A stretch of DNA of 64,000 nucleotides from IMG/VR virus record IMGVR_UViG_3300028591_000179, positions 10,773-74,772 of that record, one strand, 5' to 3'. The position numbers and the translations under genes were made by a program. Under the pieces are notes generated by a model. That model saw only the letters and a program-made list of their open reading frames with translations, ran no database searches and was not told where the DNA came from. Shown one piece after another: positions 28,767 through 39,992 of this stretch (its first letter is position 1; the number at the start of each line of letters is the position of its first letter). This DNA is from a virus. Taxonomy: Duplodnaviria > Caudoviricetes.

Positions 28767-30380
28767 ATGTCTATTATGAGAAGAATTGAAAATAACGGTC
28801 TAGTAGAAAAAACTCGTAGCGAAAAAATTGCAAACGGTATTTCTCATGCTGCTAACGTATTACACGAGTCTACTTTAGGTCGTCGTTGCCCTAACTTATT
28901 AAAGGGTATTGAATCAGAAAGCAAAGAAGCACGTTATCAAGCTGCTACTATGGTTCAACTTATCGAAAACATGGCTGAAAAATATGCTAAAGAACAAGGC
29001 GTACAAATCTTACACGAAGATACAGCTGGTACTGCAGGTCCTGCTACTACTGCTGCTACGGCTATGTTGACTCCTGGCGTATCAACTTTAACTCCGCAAG
29101 TAGTTGATATTGTTAATGTTTTCTATCCGCAAATGGTTTCTAATTACATTGCAGATATTCAAGCATTAGATCGTCAGTCTGGTATGATTTTCACCATTAA
29201 GACACGTTACAGTCAAGATGCTGCTGATGTTGAAGCTGGTGACATTGTATTTGAAAAGCCTACTGATGGTACATATACTTCTGAAATGTTGGCATATAAT
29301 CCTGATAAAACAACGATTGAAGAAGATGCTGATAAGAAAGTATACAAAGTACATGCTGAATTGAATAGTGCTTTACCTGAAGATGCAACAGTAAAAGTAC
29401 GTGCTGGTTCGTTTATTGTTCGTGTTGATGGTAAAGAAATTGCACGTGACTATGGTAATGGTTCTGCTAATTTGGATGGTACACAGAAGAAAGCAGAAGA
29501 TGTATATGGTAAGTACAATGTAATTGGTCGTGGTGTATCTGGTACAGTTGATGCTGGTTCTGGTGTTGCTGAATTAGAATTAGATGCTAGTATGTATGCT
29601 GAAGCTGTTGAATTTGGTACATTTACGTTTGAAGCTGCTGTTGATACTGAGACTGATGTTGATTTGATTCGTAAGATTCAGTTCGATATTCCTGCTCAAC
29701 CAGTATTAGCAAAAGAACACCCGTTAATGAGTTCTTACAGTGTTGCATCTTCTTTGATTATGAATGCACACTTAGCAATTGATACTGATGAATTAATTGC
29801 TAACCAAATTGCTGGTACGATTCGTTGGGAACGTGACTTGTTATTGATTCAATCTGTTTATGCTGCTGCTGCTTCTAAGCTTGATTTAACATTTGATTGT
29901 TCTGCAAATGGTGCTAACTTAACATTACAACAAAGATATAGTGCATATACAACAACGATTAGTACAGCTCGTGGTATTATTCAAGAGGTTGCTGGTCGTG
30001 GTACTGTTGAATTTATGATTGTAAGTGCTAAGCAAGGTTTAACAATCGTTGAAAATATTGAAGGCTTTAAGGCTGCTCCTGAAGCTAAGAAACCGATTGG
30101 TCCGTATTTAGCTGGTACATTACGTGAAGGTACAATTGCTGTTATTGCTGTTCCGTATACTAAGACATTACCGAGTGATCAAGTTGTATTTGGTTTCAAA
30201 GGATTCCAACTTGGTGATTCTGCTATTGTTTTGGCTGAATGGATTCCGTTGTACTTCACACCTACTTTCCAAGCTCCGAACTTAAAGAATCATAAAGGTG
30301 CTATGTCTTTCTATGATTTGTTCATGAATAAGCCGGAATACTTGGTTAAAGGTGCTATTGCTAACTTTAACAATGCCTAA
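28767..30380 (+). CDS. gp23: Major capsid protein, T4 gp23-like
   Basis: Q(A)L...SG.IF.I..RY segment; AKEHPLMSSYS...D.D..IA..I..EI-like block aligns with gp23; high-expression codon bias; strong terminator; LHE sites as likely maturation cuts. Confidence 0.88.
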   Translation: MSIMRRIENNGLVEKTRSEKIANGISHAANVLHESTLGRRCPNLLKGIESESKEARYQAATMVQLIENMAEKYAKEQGVQILHEDTAGTAGPATTAATAMLTPGVSTLTPQVVDIVNVFYPQMVSNYIADIQALDRQSGMIFTIKTRYSQDAADVEAGDIVFEKPTDGTYTSEMLAYNPDKTTIEEDADKKVYKVHAELNSALPEDATVKVRAGSFIVRVDGKEIARDYGNGSANLDGTQKKAEDVYGKYNVIGRGVSGTVDAGSGVAELELDASMYAEAVEFGTFTFEAAVDTETDVDLIRKIQFDIPAQPVLAKEHPLMSSYSVASSLIMNAHLAIDTDELIANQIAGTIRWERDLLLIQSVYAAAASKLDLTFDCSANGANLTLQQRYSAYTTTISTARGIIQEVAGRGTVEFMIVSAKQGLTIVENIEGFKAAPEAKKPIGPYLAGTLREGTIAVIAVPYTKTLPSDQVVFGFKGFQLGDSAIVLAEWIPLYFTPTFQAPNLKNHKGAMSFYDLFMNKPEYLVKGAIANFNNA

Positions 30381-30414
30381 TTAAAATTTAGTGTATTAAG
30401 TATAAGCATTAAAA

Positions 30415-30449
30415 AATCCCCTCGGAGGAAATTCGGGGGGATTCTTTTT
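30415..30449 (+). terminator. Intrinsic terminator after major capsid gene (probably bidirectional)
   Basis: aatcccctcgga/ttcgggggatt stem flanked by A and T runs. Confidence 0.9.
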
Positions 30450-30723
30450 ACGTCAAAGAGGTAAATAAACTTTCAAACAACCTCAAATGAAAGGCAAGCA
30501 AATAAACTACCTTAATACCTAATTGCAACAAAAAATATTACTTTAGCTTATCTGTTATCGGTTACAAGATAGTTTGATCAGGAGATAACCAAACGTCTTG
30601 ATAATTATATTTATATCATAATTTTTTTATTTGTAAAGCATTTTTTTTGACCATAGAATCATTTTTTTAATAATATAGTAGGGAAAGCTAAAAAATTAGA
30701 AAGTATGTATTATATGGTCATTT

Positions 30724-30927
30724 ATGGAGATATTTGAAATAAAAAAAGACCCAAATATAAAACCAATTTGGATCTTTGTCGAAGACTTTGACTTGACTAA
30801 TAAAGTTGCCAGAAGAATTATGCAATTTATAGTCGAAGCTGTTGATAAAGAAAAGAAATTGGCTAATGATAATTGTTTGCTTTATCTCTGCTATCTTTTT
30901 CTTTATACATTATTATATATAACATAA
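30724..30927 (+). CDS. Possible small hypothetical protein
   Basis: First 50 aa look protein-like; no clear RBS; 3' part low complexity. Confidence 0.3.
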   Translation: MEIFEIKKDPNIKPIWIFVEDFDLTNKVARRIMQFIVEAVDKEKKLANDNCLLYLCYLFLYTLLYIT

Positions 30928-31154
30928 AAAATTTGATTTGTAAAGCATTATTTTTTTAGACAAAAGATTAATTTATGGACTGACCGTTTATTGATTTTGC
31001 TCCGGGAAAAAATAAAACTTTTTTGAATGAGTTTTCTTTTAAATCAATGACTTAACATTTTGTCAATTTTCCATACAAAAACAAGCATTCTAATAAATAT
31101 TTTTGATTAATTGCTTATTTAAGTTCTAGTATAATGCAATATTTGGAGATAGTT

Positions 31155-31376
31155 ATGGAAGAATTTATAGAGTATTATGAAGATATAGATGCTGTTAATA
31201 ATATCTTAAACTCAAATGAATATATTAAATTTACAGTTAATGAATGTACAGTAAATGCATTAAATAAAAAGGCAGATTTTATAAATAAATGTTACAATAG
31301 TATGTGGTTACCTTTGTGCATAAAATACCATCCTACAGTACGTGTATATGATAAAGTGTTTTATGTAAAAAAATAA
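31155..31376 (+). CDS. Small late hypothetical protein (start revised from 31134)
   Basis: AGTTCT at 31122; GGAG at 31145 favours ATG 31155. Confidence 0.5.
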   Translation: MEEFIEYYEDIDAVNNILNSNEYIKFTVNECTVNALNKKADFINKCYNSMWLPLCIKYHPTVRVYDKVFYVKK

Positions 31377-31421
31377 GTCATACTTTTATATATGACTTAT
31401 TCTTGTAAATATTTCTACTTA

Positions 31422-31889
31422 TTAATATGTATAACGCATAGCACAATATACATTAATGTGTTCCATACCTTTTGCATCTCTGCTTACAAATGATTTAGTT
31501 TTAGCATAGCGAATAGCTTTTGGTTCAACTAATTCAAAACCTTCTTCAGGATTAAACGGATTAGGAACAACTAAACCTGCACCCGCTGAAGCTGAGTCAG
31601 AAGCAGAACCAGATTCTTCGGCTCTAATAGCAACTTCATTCATAACGTCAGCCCAAGACAAAGAATCCATAGGTTCCTCATCGGCATCTAAGTTCTTGTA
31701 GCTCATAACAACATAGTGTGATACTTCTTCACCAGAGGCATTACTAGCATTAGAAGCAGAACCAGAAGCTGAACCAGATCCAGATTCTTCAGATGCATAA
31801 ACTGTTTCATAGATAGAAGCAGCTAAAGACATTGTATCGTCTTCATAGACAGAGCCAGAAGCGATCATTTTATTAGACAGTACTTTCAT
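31422..31889 (-). CDS. Ser/Ala/Gly-rich acidic late protein, candidate abundant virion protein
   Basis: Two EESGS.SAS low-complexity linkers; codon bias like the capsid gene; AGTTCT on - at 31968-31973. Confidence 0.5.
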   Translation of the reverse strand: MKVLSNKMIASGSVYEDDTMSLAASIYETVYASEESGSGSASGSASNASNASGEEVSHYVVMSYKNLDADEEPMDSLSWADVMNEVAIRAEESGSASDSASAGAGLVVPNPFNPEEGFELVEPKAIRYAKTKSFVSRDAKGMEHINVYCAMRYTY

Positions 31890-31965
31890 CGTATTATATT
31901 CCTATTATTTAAAACGCCTTTTGGAAATATGTATTTGCTAAGACGGCGCGTTATCTTAGTATTTA

Positions 31966-32229
31966 TTAGAACTTAGGGTTTATACGAAGATAAGCTGCTA
32001 ATAATTCTATATTGTCTTTATCTAATAATATAACATTATGATCTTCAAATGCTGTAAAATTTATATAATATTTTAGTCCAAGACTTCTTATAAGGCTTAT
32101 GGGTTTAGCGAAATTAAGTACTTTTAATTTTAGAGCATATTTTTTTAGTTTACTTACATACATTATTGATACAGATACTTTATTCGCATAGAAAGCATCA
32201 TATATAATTCGTGTTATTGCCTTACTCAT
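31966..32229 (-). CDS. Hypothetical protein, C-terminal-motif family
   Basis: Ends ILLDKDNIELLAAYLRINPKF. Confidence 0.55.
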   Translation of the reverse strand: MSKAITRIIYDAFYANKVSVSIMYVSKLKKYALKLKVLNFAKPISLIRSLGLKYYINFTAFEDHNVILLDKDNIELLAAYLRINPKF

Positions 32230-32542
32230 TTTGTCGTGCCTTTATAATATTTTGTATACGAAGAGCACTCCAGAATAATTCTATTTGCTCCTTGTTTATA
32301 TATATTTGTTTATTTCTTATTTTATATTTTACTGGATATACCTCTATGATTCCTTTAGTTACATAAGCTATAGCTAAATCTTTAAAGTTATCTAATGTAT
32401 ATGGAAAACTTATAATTATACCATTTTTTTTAGAGTCTTGAGAAACATTGGCAAGACCTAAATATGGAATAGGACTTAATACTAATCTAATAAGTTCTTG
32501 TATATCCTTAATAATTTGTTCATTTACCATTTGTTTCTCCAT
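32222..32542 (-). CDS. Hypothetical protein, C-terminal-motif family
   Basis: IYINKEQIELFWSALRIQN. Confidence 0.55.
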   Translation of the reverse strand: MEKQMVNEQIIKDIQELIRLVLSPIPYLGLANVSQDSKKNGIIISFPYTLDNFKDLAIAYVTKGIIEVYPVKYKIRNKQIYINKEQIELFWSALRIQNIIKARQNE

Positions 32543-32618
32543 CGATTAACTTAAATACATTGAGGTGATAACTATATAGGAGACATAGTATATAATTACC
32601 ACCTCCATTTATTATGTA

Positions 32619-32750
32619 CTAGTCTAATTTTACCGGTCTAGTACATACAGCACACATTTCTTCTTTTAATCTAATACATTCAGCCAAACAATCACTAAAA
32701 TATTGATAAGGTTGAGGGATTATTTTACCATTTAATTCTACATACCACAT
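32619..32750 (-). CDS. 43-aa Cys-containing small protein (not in ORF track)
   Basis: MWYVELNGKIIPQPYQYFSDCLAECIRLKEEMCAVCTRPVKLD; AAGGAG RBS. Confidence 0.55.
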   Translation of the reverse strand: MWYVELNGKIIPQPYQYFSDCLAECIRLKEEMCAVCTRPVKLD

Positions 32751-32763
32751 TTTTTTACTCCTT

Positions 32764-33030
32764 TCAATTTGCTAATAACATATAACCTGCTAAACAATCT
32801 GCAGTTTCTTTATAAAATTTTAGCCAATATATATTTCGTTTATCATCTAACCAAATACTATCAGCTATTCTTGCTAATTTATTAAATTCATGCATATGCT
32901 TATGATAACTTGCCTTGCTAATACCTATAGTAAATGTTGCTGATTTAACTCGGTATTTGCGAAGGAGAATGTGTGTATCATAACGCTTTTGCATAAATCG
33001 CCGAAAATCATATAATGGATTGCTAGACAT
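32764..33030 (-). CDS. Hypothetical protein, C-terminal-motif family (weak)
   Basis: Ends LKFYKETADCLAGYMLLAN. Confidence 0.5.
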   Translation of the reverse strand: MSSNPLYDFRRFMQKRYDTHILLRKYRVKSATFTIGISKASYHKHMHEFNKLARIADSIWLDDKRNIYWLKFYKETADCLAGYMLLAN

Positions 33031-33031
33031 T

Positions 33032-33958
33032 TTATGCGTTCCTTGCCATTTTTAGTTTCATATAATATACTAATACATGTGCAGCCGCTGATTTACTTTC
33101 CCAACAATCATTCTTATAATCATATATTCTTGAATTACCTTGTTCATATAATCTTAATAATTTACAGGTAGCTCTGCATTCATTATCTTCTTCTTCATTT
33201 TCAAATAGCGGTACATATTTCATTCTTTCTTCATGAGGACATCTACTACCATTTCTACGTTTATGGTACTCATCTTCAGCTGCTTCATACCGTAAATAAA
33301 AATCCTTGACTAATTTACCTACCTCTAATACCTCATCTGGCATACCTATATTTTCGAATATAGCTATCCACTTTGGGTTTCTAAAAGTTTTTTCCGGACC
33401 AACACTATAGTAATGCTGTGAATATGTATCATATACATATGGTAAATCTACTAAGTCTAACCATTCCTCAAAAGATTTATCTGGAAATACTTCTTTGATT
33501 AATTTATCTTTTCTTTTCCATAACTGTAAAAATTCATAATTAAACGTTTGCTTTGAATCTAATATGCCATATGTATAATATGTTACAGGCCTAATTGCCA
33601 TCTTAGCTAACCATGAATTAGTTATAATGTCACGGATTTTCTTACAGCTTTTAATCATAGGAATAGTTAATGGGGCTTGAGCTTTTAATGCTGTCTCTAT
33701 TTTTTCTAATGTAATTTTCTCTGTAGGATAATCTTTTAATGTTCTACCGTCAATAGCTAAATTATCATCAATTGTAAAATTTAAATATTCTTTACAATGG
33801 CGAGGATCATTTTTACCACAATAACTTTTCCATTCTCCGTTATCTTGTAAACCAAGTATTTCTGAAAACTTTTTATATACTGCTGTACGATTAGTATTGT
33901 TTATTCCATATTCACAGAGATGTATTAAGTTAGTTAATTCTTTAATATCTATGCCCAT
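33032..33958 (-). CDS. Hypothetical protein
   Basis: 308 aa; GGAGG RBS. Confidence 0.6.
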   Translation of the reverse strand: MGIDIKELTNLIHLCEYGINNTNRTAVYKKFSEILGLQDNGEWKSYCGKNDPRHCKEYLNFTIDDNLAIDGRTLKDYPTEKITLEKIETALKAQAPLTIPMIKSCKKIRDIITNSWLAKMAIRPVTYYTYGILDSKQTFNYEFLQLWKRKDKLIKEVFPDKSFEEWLDLVDLPYVYDTYSQHYYSVGPEKTFRNPKWIAIFENIGMPDEVLEVGKLVKDFYLRYEAAEDEYHKRRNGSRCPHEERMKYVPLFENEEEDNECRATCKLLRLYEQGNSRIYDYKNDCWESKSAAAHVLVYYMKLKMARNA

Positions 33959-34017
33959 TTATATTCCTCCTATTAATAAGGTCTTAAGATTATTACCTAA
34001 GACCTTGTTTTTACTAA

Positions 34018-34083
34018 TTATTTCTTACGACCACCGCGTTTTTTACTATTTAAAACTGATCTAATAAATTGTGTTTTTGTCAT
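34018..34083 (-). CDS. 21-aa basic peptide (not in ORF track)
   Basis: MTKTQFIRSVLNSKKRGGRKK; AAAGGT RBS; first ORF after promoter 34138-34166. Confidence 0.4.
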   Translation of the reverse strand: MTKTQFIRSVLNSKKRGGRKK

Positions 34084-34137
34084 TTATATTACCTTTCATA
34101 TATAATCGTAAAAGACTTAATTATCTTTTATAACTAT

Positions 34138-34166
34138 ATTTTACTTTAATTAACTATATATGTAAA
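34138..34166 (-). promoter_or_regulatory. Early sigma70-type promoter
   Basis: TTTACA-N17-TAAAAT. Confidence 0.6.
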
Positions 34167-34196
34167 ACAGTTTATGCATTTAATATGTATTATGTA

Positions 34197-37100
34197 TTAG
34201 TCACCATTAGGCCAACGAGCACAAACTTGTTTATCTGTATCATCTATATCATCATCGGTATCTAATCCAAGAAAAGATTCAGCTTCATGCTTTGCACTTT
34301 CTAAGCTATTAGCAAACCAAGAATCTTCATCTATTTCAAATTCACATTCATTTGATAACTCGTCTAAATAATCTATGAAATCATCTTTATCATAAGAGTT
34401 TAAGAATGTCCAAGTTTCACTTTTACCATCTGGTTTTGTAACTGTAACCGCATACATCATAGTCATTGATACTTCACTCATATTCATTCTCCTTTAATTA
34501 GTTGTAAGGGCTGGACCAATATAGTCTTCTGAATTATTCATTAATTCCCAATAATCATTCCAGTCAATTGTAAATACTTTATGTGTATCATCATTTAAAA
34601 TACATCTCATTTTACTACCATCGTGTGATTGACGAAAACCACAGATTGTTCCAGGCATAAATAGCTTTCTACCTTTTGTGGTTTCAATAGCTAATTTATT
34701 AGGAGCTCTTAATATTCTACGTCTATCATAACATTCTAAACTTTTAAGTACCATTTATTCCTCCATTTATTTAACAATATATTTTTCCCATTGGATATAT
34801 AATATCATACAACTTATCTAAATATTTAATATCAAGAAAGCATGTTGCATAAGTATAACCTTTTGGAATTTCATATTCAAGTTTTATATTAGTTAATTTT
34901 TCTATATTTGTTATTACATTTTTTAGATCATCAATAGTAATTTCTGGAATATGCCAAAAACTAATTCCGCGTAATCTAAAACCAAGCTTCTGTGACTTAT
35001 CAATAAAGTTATATACATCAACCTCTAAATAACTATCCTTATCTAAGAGATTAAACTTATATAACAATTTGATTAAACTATCACGTAGCTCTATTGCTTT
35101 TTTAGCTTCTGGACTCACTATAAACATCTCCTATTCCTTTTTATTCTTCTGGCATTTGATGGGTTTCCATAACAGATGCTAACGTTTCAAATTTAATACT
35201 TGGATCAATTACAGTATTCTTTAAATCAATTTCAACTATACGAGCAGCCGAATTGATTAAATCATCAACTCCAGTTGTAACTTCATTATAATCATTAATA
35301 TAATCAAGAATCTTTTCTGCTTCTTTTTTATTATCAGTTATAATGTTTTCGATATAATCTGGATCTAAAGCATATAAATCATTTTCAGTTGTATTATACG
35401 ATTGAATTATATAAAGCTTTGCCATATTAGTTCTCCTTTATTTCTTCTACATTTTCTACTTTAAAATCTTCATATGAATCACCTGGATCACAATATTCAT
35501 CATAATCATCTGCGAAATCGCCATTGTCATCAGCAGCTAATTTCTTAGCCTTAGTTTTTGCGGCCTTAAGTGATTCAGCTTCGAGTTCAAAAACATATGT
35601 TGAGTATTCTGTTCTTTTACCGGTAATTGTTACTGTATATTTTTTCATTAATTATCTCCTTTTAAATTTGTGGTTACTGGTGTATCAGCATAACAATGAC
35701 TTAACTTAAGTATTTCAGTATCATGTTTAATTTGATTTACATCATTATTAATATTAGTTATCATGGTTATTAGCCAAATAACTATAATTATTTGAATAAA
35801 TCCAACTATAGGATTACAATCATCATCTTTCATTATGTATTTCTCCTTTCATTTAGTTCATAGGTTCCAGTAAAATCATTAGTATATACTACATTGAATT
35901 TAAATAACTTATCGTCTATTGTTTTCTTTAATGCTAAATCATTTGTTGACCAACCAGAAGATTCACCCCTATAGGTAATGTCTGTTAAAATTTTTACAAC
36001 TGCTGCGTTTACAGATATTTCATCTTCAAGTCTTTTATGTGCTTGTCTAATCATATTAACCTCCTATATACTATATGTTTTAAGTAGTTTAGATGAAATA
36101 ATTTCGCCTTCATCATCCACAGTATCTCTACTGATTTCGATAACAGAATGCATATCTTCTTCACCATTCGTTCTTATAAGTTCACGATAATAATCAACCT
36201 TATTTACAGCTTCTTCATAAGTATTACATTCTGTACCATAAGTTATATCATGGTAATTATTAAAACAATTAATGGAATATTCAGTTTGGCTCATTATTAT
36301 CCTCCGTTGTTTGAGATGTTTTTAAATTAAAAGCATTCACTGCTTCTTGTTTAGTATCAAAAGGTCCTAAGATCCATTTAAGATTTGGGTTTGTTAAATG
36401 ATTAAAGATTAAACCTTCCCTATTATTAGCCCTAACTCTAAATACTTTTTCGTTAGTGGCATAATATTTAAAGTATTGGGTCATATTTATTTCTCCTATT
36501 AAACTAGTCTAAGATAATAACTGCGACTGTGCTAAATGGTTCAAAGAAATGGATAAAATCAAAATAATCAATACCTTCATCAACATCCATTCCATAATAA
36601 GTAACACAAGGATCTTCATCTTCTGATTCATGCTTTGTAAATACTGTTGCATGATTACGATCTGAAATATCATATTCGAAATCATCACATTCCTTTTCAC
36701 TTACATGTATATAACCAGTTTCAATACCATTTTTAAAACTTTTTAATACAAATTTAGTATCCTTTGATTTACTAAGTTCTTCTTCAATCTTTGCAATCTT
36801 TTCTTTAATTACATTTAATTCATCTAAAATTCTATCATTATTCATTGCCATTCTCCTATATAAAGTATTTTCTATTTATTTGAATTGGATAACCAAGTAA
36901 CCTAATTAAACCAAATAAGTTATTTATTTCATCTTCGGAATAATATCTAAAGAGTATATTTTTAGTAAAACCTAAATCCAAATTTTCTTCTTCAAGTTTA
37001 TCTAGGATACCTAATCTTTCATATGTATCGTTATAAATTTCAAAGTAGTTTTGAGATGTTACTCTTTGTGATATATAAAACGCTCGTTTATTAATATCCC

Positions 37101-38965
37101 AATTAATATAGATATCTTGTTGAGTAGCTAATTTTATACATGCATAATAACAAACCTTATCATATTTGTTATCGGGATATATATGTAATCTTAATATCAT
37201 TATATTACTCCTAACAAAAAGGGATGAGATATAATTACAACCTCATCCCAATAATTAAATTATCTATACTATATTAAATAGATGCCTCTTTAAAATATAG
37301 TCTATCTCCATTGTTTAAGTCAAAATCATATGATTGATTGTATCTTGCACAATTGACATAATTACTAAAGACCTTACCCATATTTTTAGTTTTACCAATG
37401 TGTTTAATATCACCAGTTGTATTATCTACTACTTTAATATAGCCTGACTTATTATAATAGTATTTTACATTATCACGATTAATGTTTACGGCTCCAGTAA
37501 AATCAACAGTTTCTTTCCAATTTACTGTAGGTTTTTTAACAGTTTTATTGGTTACATCTTGAAGTTTCTCTACCTTGAAAAAGTTTTTAGCTCGACCTTT
37601 TTCATTCCAAAATTTAACTGCTTCATCTTCTGTATTAAACTTAACTACATTTTTATCATTATTCTTTTGAATTACTGCAAACATATATTTTCTCCTTTAA
37701 ATTAATTGTTGATATCTTCAGTTGTTTCATGTAATAATCTTACCTTAGAAAAGTCAAGATGATTATATGAATACGGACTTATATTATTTTTAACCTTAAA
37801 ACCGGTTAAATTCATTTCTTTTTCTAATTTTGGAAAAAGAACATCCTCATAATAATTTTTAATTAATTGCATTATTACATCTCGATTCAAACTAACATCA
37901 CGACCATGGACATCTAAACCATATTCCTCAAGCTTTGTTTTTAAACCCGAACCAAGTTTATTTAACCAGAAGTCACTAGTTTTTCTTTGAATCTTAGCTT
38001 TAATAGTGCAATAAGCATCAGAATATAAATTCTTGTATACACTTTTATCGTGTTCATTCCAAGATTTACGTTGTGATACATCTAATTTAAATAATCTACA
38101 CTTATCAGCTAATAGATTATCAAATTCTTCTTTAAAAGCACCTTCAAATGCCATATTTATTCTCCCTTAATTACTTAATCTCTTCATAACTATTGGCATT
38201 ATATCTTTTTGCCATTCGTTGTGATGTTGTTGAATTACTAAAAGCTCTTCTTCAGTAATATTATATTCTTCAACTAACCTTTGTTGAGCTTTATCTTTAA
38301 TATTTTCAAAACCTTCTTCATCAGGATTATTATTCATTAAGCTTGTTCCAACATTATTTAATTCATCAAAATAATGTTTAACCATATACTCAGCTTCTTT
38401 AATATATATTTCTTTTAATTTCTCTACAGAACGCATTATTGTCTCCTTTCAATTTTTTCTAATATACTACTTTCTACAAATAGTAAAGCCATTTTTCTAC
38501 AATTTATTTTATATTAATTTCACTATTTTCATAAAACTGTTCGAAATTAAATTTATAAACCACATATGCTTTTTCATCTTGTGTACTCATAGGTAATGCC
38601 ATAAGTCTAGCATATGCTTTCTGAGTTGATAATAATTCGTTGCGTGAACCATCCCTAAATTCTTTTAAAGCAAAGAAACAATCAAGCATAAATGGAGGTA
38701 AGAATTGTTGAATTAATTTCTGTGTTGTATAATCAAACTCATTAAAATACCATTGATTTAGTTTAATACATGATAAACATTTATCAGAAGGGAATGGTTC
38801 TGTTGTATCCCATTTTTTTATAACTTCAAGAAAAGTATTATGATTATTTGAAGTAGAAGGATATAAACTATTGTTTGTCTTTATATCAGATTCACCTTCA
38901 GCATTCATTAATACATCTAATATTTCCGTATTATTCATCATCATCTCCTTGTATACTTTTTTCAA
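34197..38965 (-). other. Run of ~15 small early hypothetical ORFs (34197-34487, 34494-34754, 34771-35127, 35141-35425, 35427-35648, 35648-35833, 35833-36054, 36064-36294, 36281-36484, 36504-36851, 36856-37200, 37274-37684, 37702-38154, 38167-38436, 38504-38965)
   Basis: Head-to-tail with AGGAG-type RBSs; mostly acidic; 35648-35833 has one TM helix; 37274-37684 has a degenerate GIY-YIG-like HIGKT.N segment. Confidence 0.65.
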
Positions 38966-39518
38966 ATAGTTTAACTTTACTTTTATATTTTCTACTTACT
39001 TGCCAATAATGTTTAACCAAACTTCTTTTATATAATCCTCCAGAAATTTTATCTAAACATTTAAAATATAAACTACAACAGATTGTATATTGATTTTCAT
39101 CAGCATTCTTTTTCAGTTCTTTTAGTTTTATGTCATAAGCAGCTATAGCATCATTTCTATTCTCGTACGTACCTACTAATTCACCAGCTGCCACTAATTC
39201 ATATTTTATTTTAACAAGAGGATTACAATTATAACGGTCAGGACCAAATCTATTAATCAAATATTTAAGTGCTTTTAAATATGATATAAATTTTTCATTT
39301 GTTAAATAACCTACACTATAAATATCTTGATTACTAGTTGGATTAAATTCACGATATTTACGTTTTCTTATACTAAAGTCTTGAGCTATTTCAATCATAT
39401 CACCATTGATTACAATAGCTGCTGTACCATTATTTATCTGTCTATCCGAAGATACAAACAACCAATTATATTCTGCACAGGTATCTTGGATAACACTTAA
39501 ACTTAAACTATCAATCAT
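38931..39518 (-). CDS. Hypothetical protein
   Basis: AAGGAG RBS; 195 aa. Confidence 0.55.
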   Translation of the reverse strand: MIDSLSLSVIQDTCAEYNWLFVSSDRQINNGTAAIVINGDMIEIAQDFSIRKRKYREFNPTSNQDIYSVGYLTNEKFISYLKALKYLINRFGPDRYNCNPLVKIKYELVAAGELVGTYENRNDAIAAYDIKLKELKKNADENQYTICCSLYFKCLDKISGGLYKRSLVKHYWQVSRKYKSKVKLFEKSIQGDDDE

Positions 39519-39535
39519 CTGTATCTCCTTTCATT

Positions 39536-39970
39536 TTAACAAATAGATATTTTAACTTCCTTTTCAATTTTAACTTTAATTAATTCTTTAGGTAATTTAT
39601 ATACGTCGTGTAATTCTTCATAGCATTCTTGAATTAATAACACAAGATCTCTTGTAATATGTTTATATTTAGGATCGCTTATATTAGCATTTGTTTTTAC
39701 ACAGTATCTAATATATACATCATCCATTGCTTTAATCATTTCTTCAGGATTATCTCCTGATTGATAACGACCTAACATTGGATGTACACATAACATATTC
39801 CATATTCCTGAACGTCTGATTGATTCATAAGCCCAATACATTTCTTGAGGAATACAAGTAGCTATAACACCATATTTACGTAACTTATCCATTGTATACT
39901 CCTTATTACTTACTACCTGGGAGAATGCACCTAATATGAAATGAGGACTGCTCAGGGGAACAATCCTCAT
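39536..39970 (-). CDS. Hypothetical protein, DUF5049-like motif
   Basis: YESIRRSGIWNM segment; start may be the internal ATG MDKLRK. Confidence 0.4.
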   Translation of the reverse strand: MRIVPLSSPHFILGAFSQVVSNKEYTMDKLRKYGVIATCIPQEMYWAYESIRRSGIWNMLCVHPMLGRYQSGDNPEEMIKAMDDVYIRYCVKTNANISDPKYKHITRDLVLLIQECYEELHDVYKLPKELIKVKIEKEVKISIC

Positions 39971-39992
39971 TTTTATTTAACCTTATTAAGTA

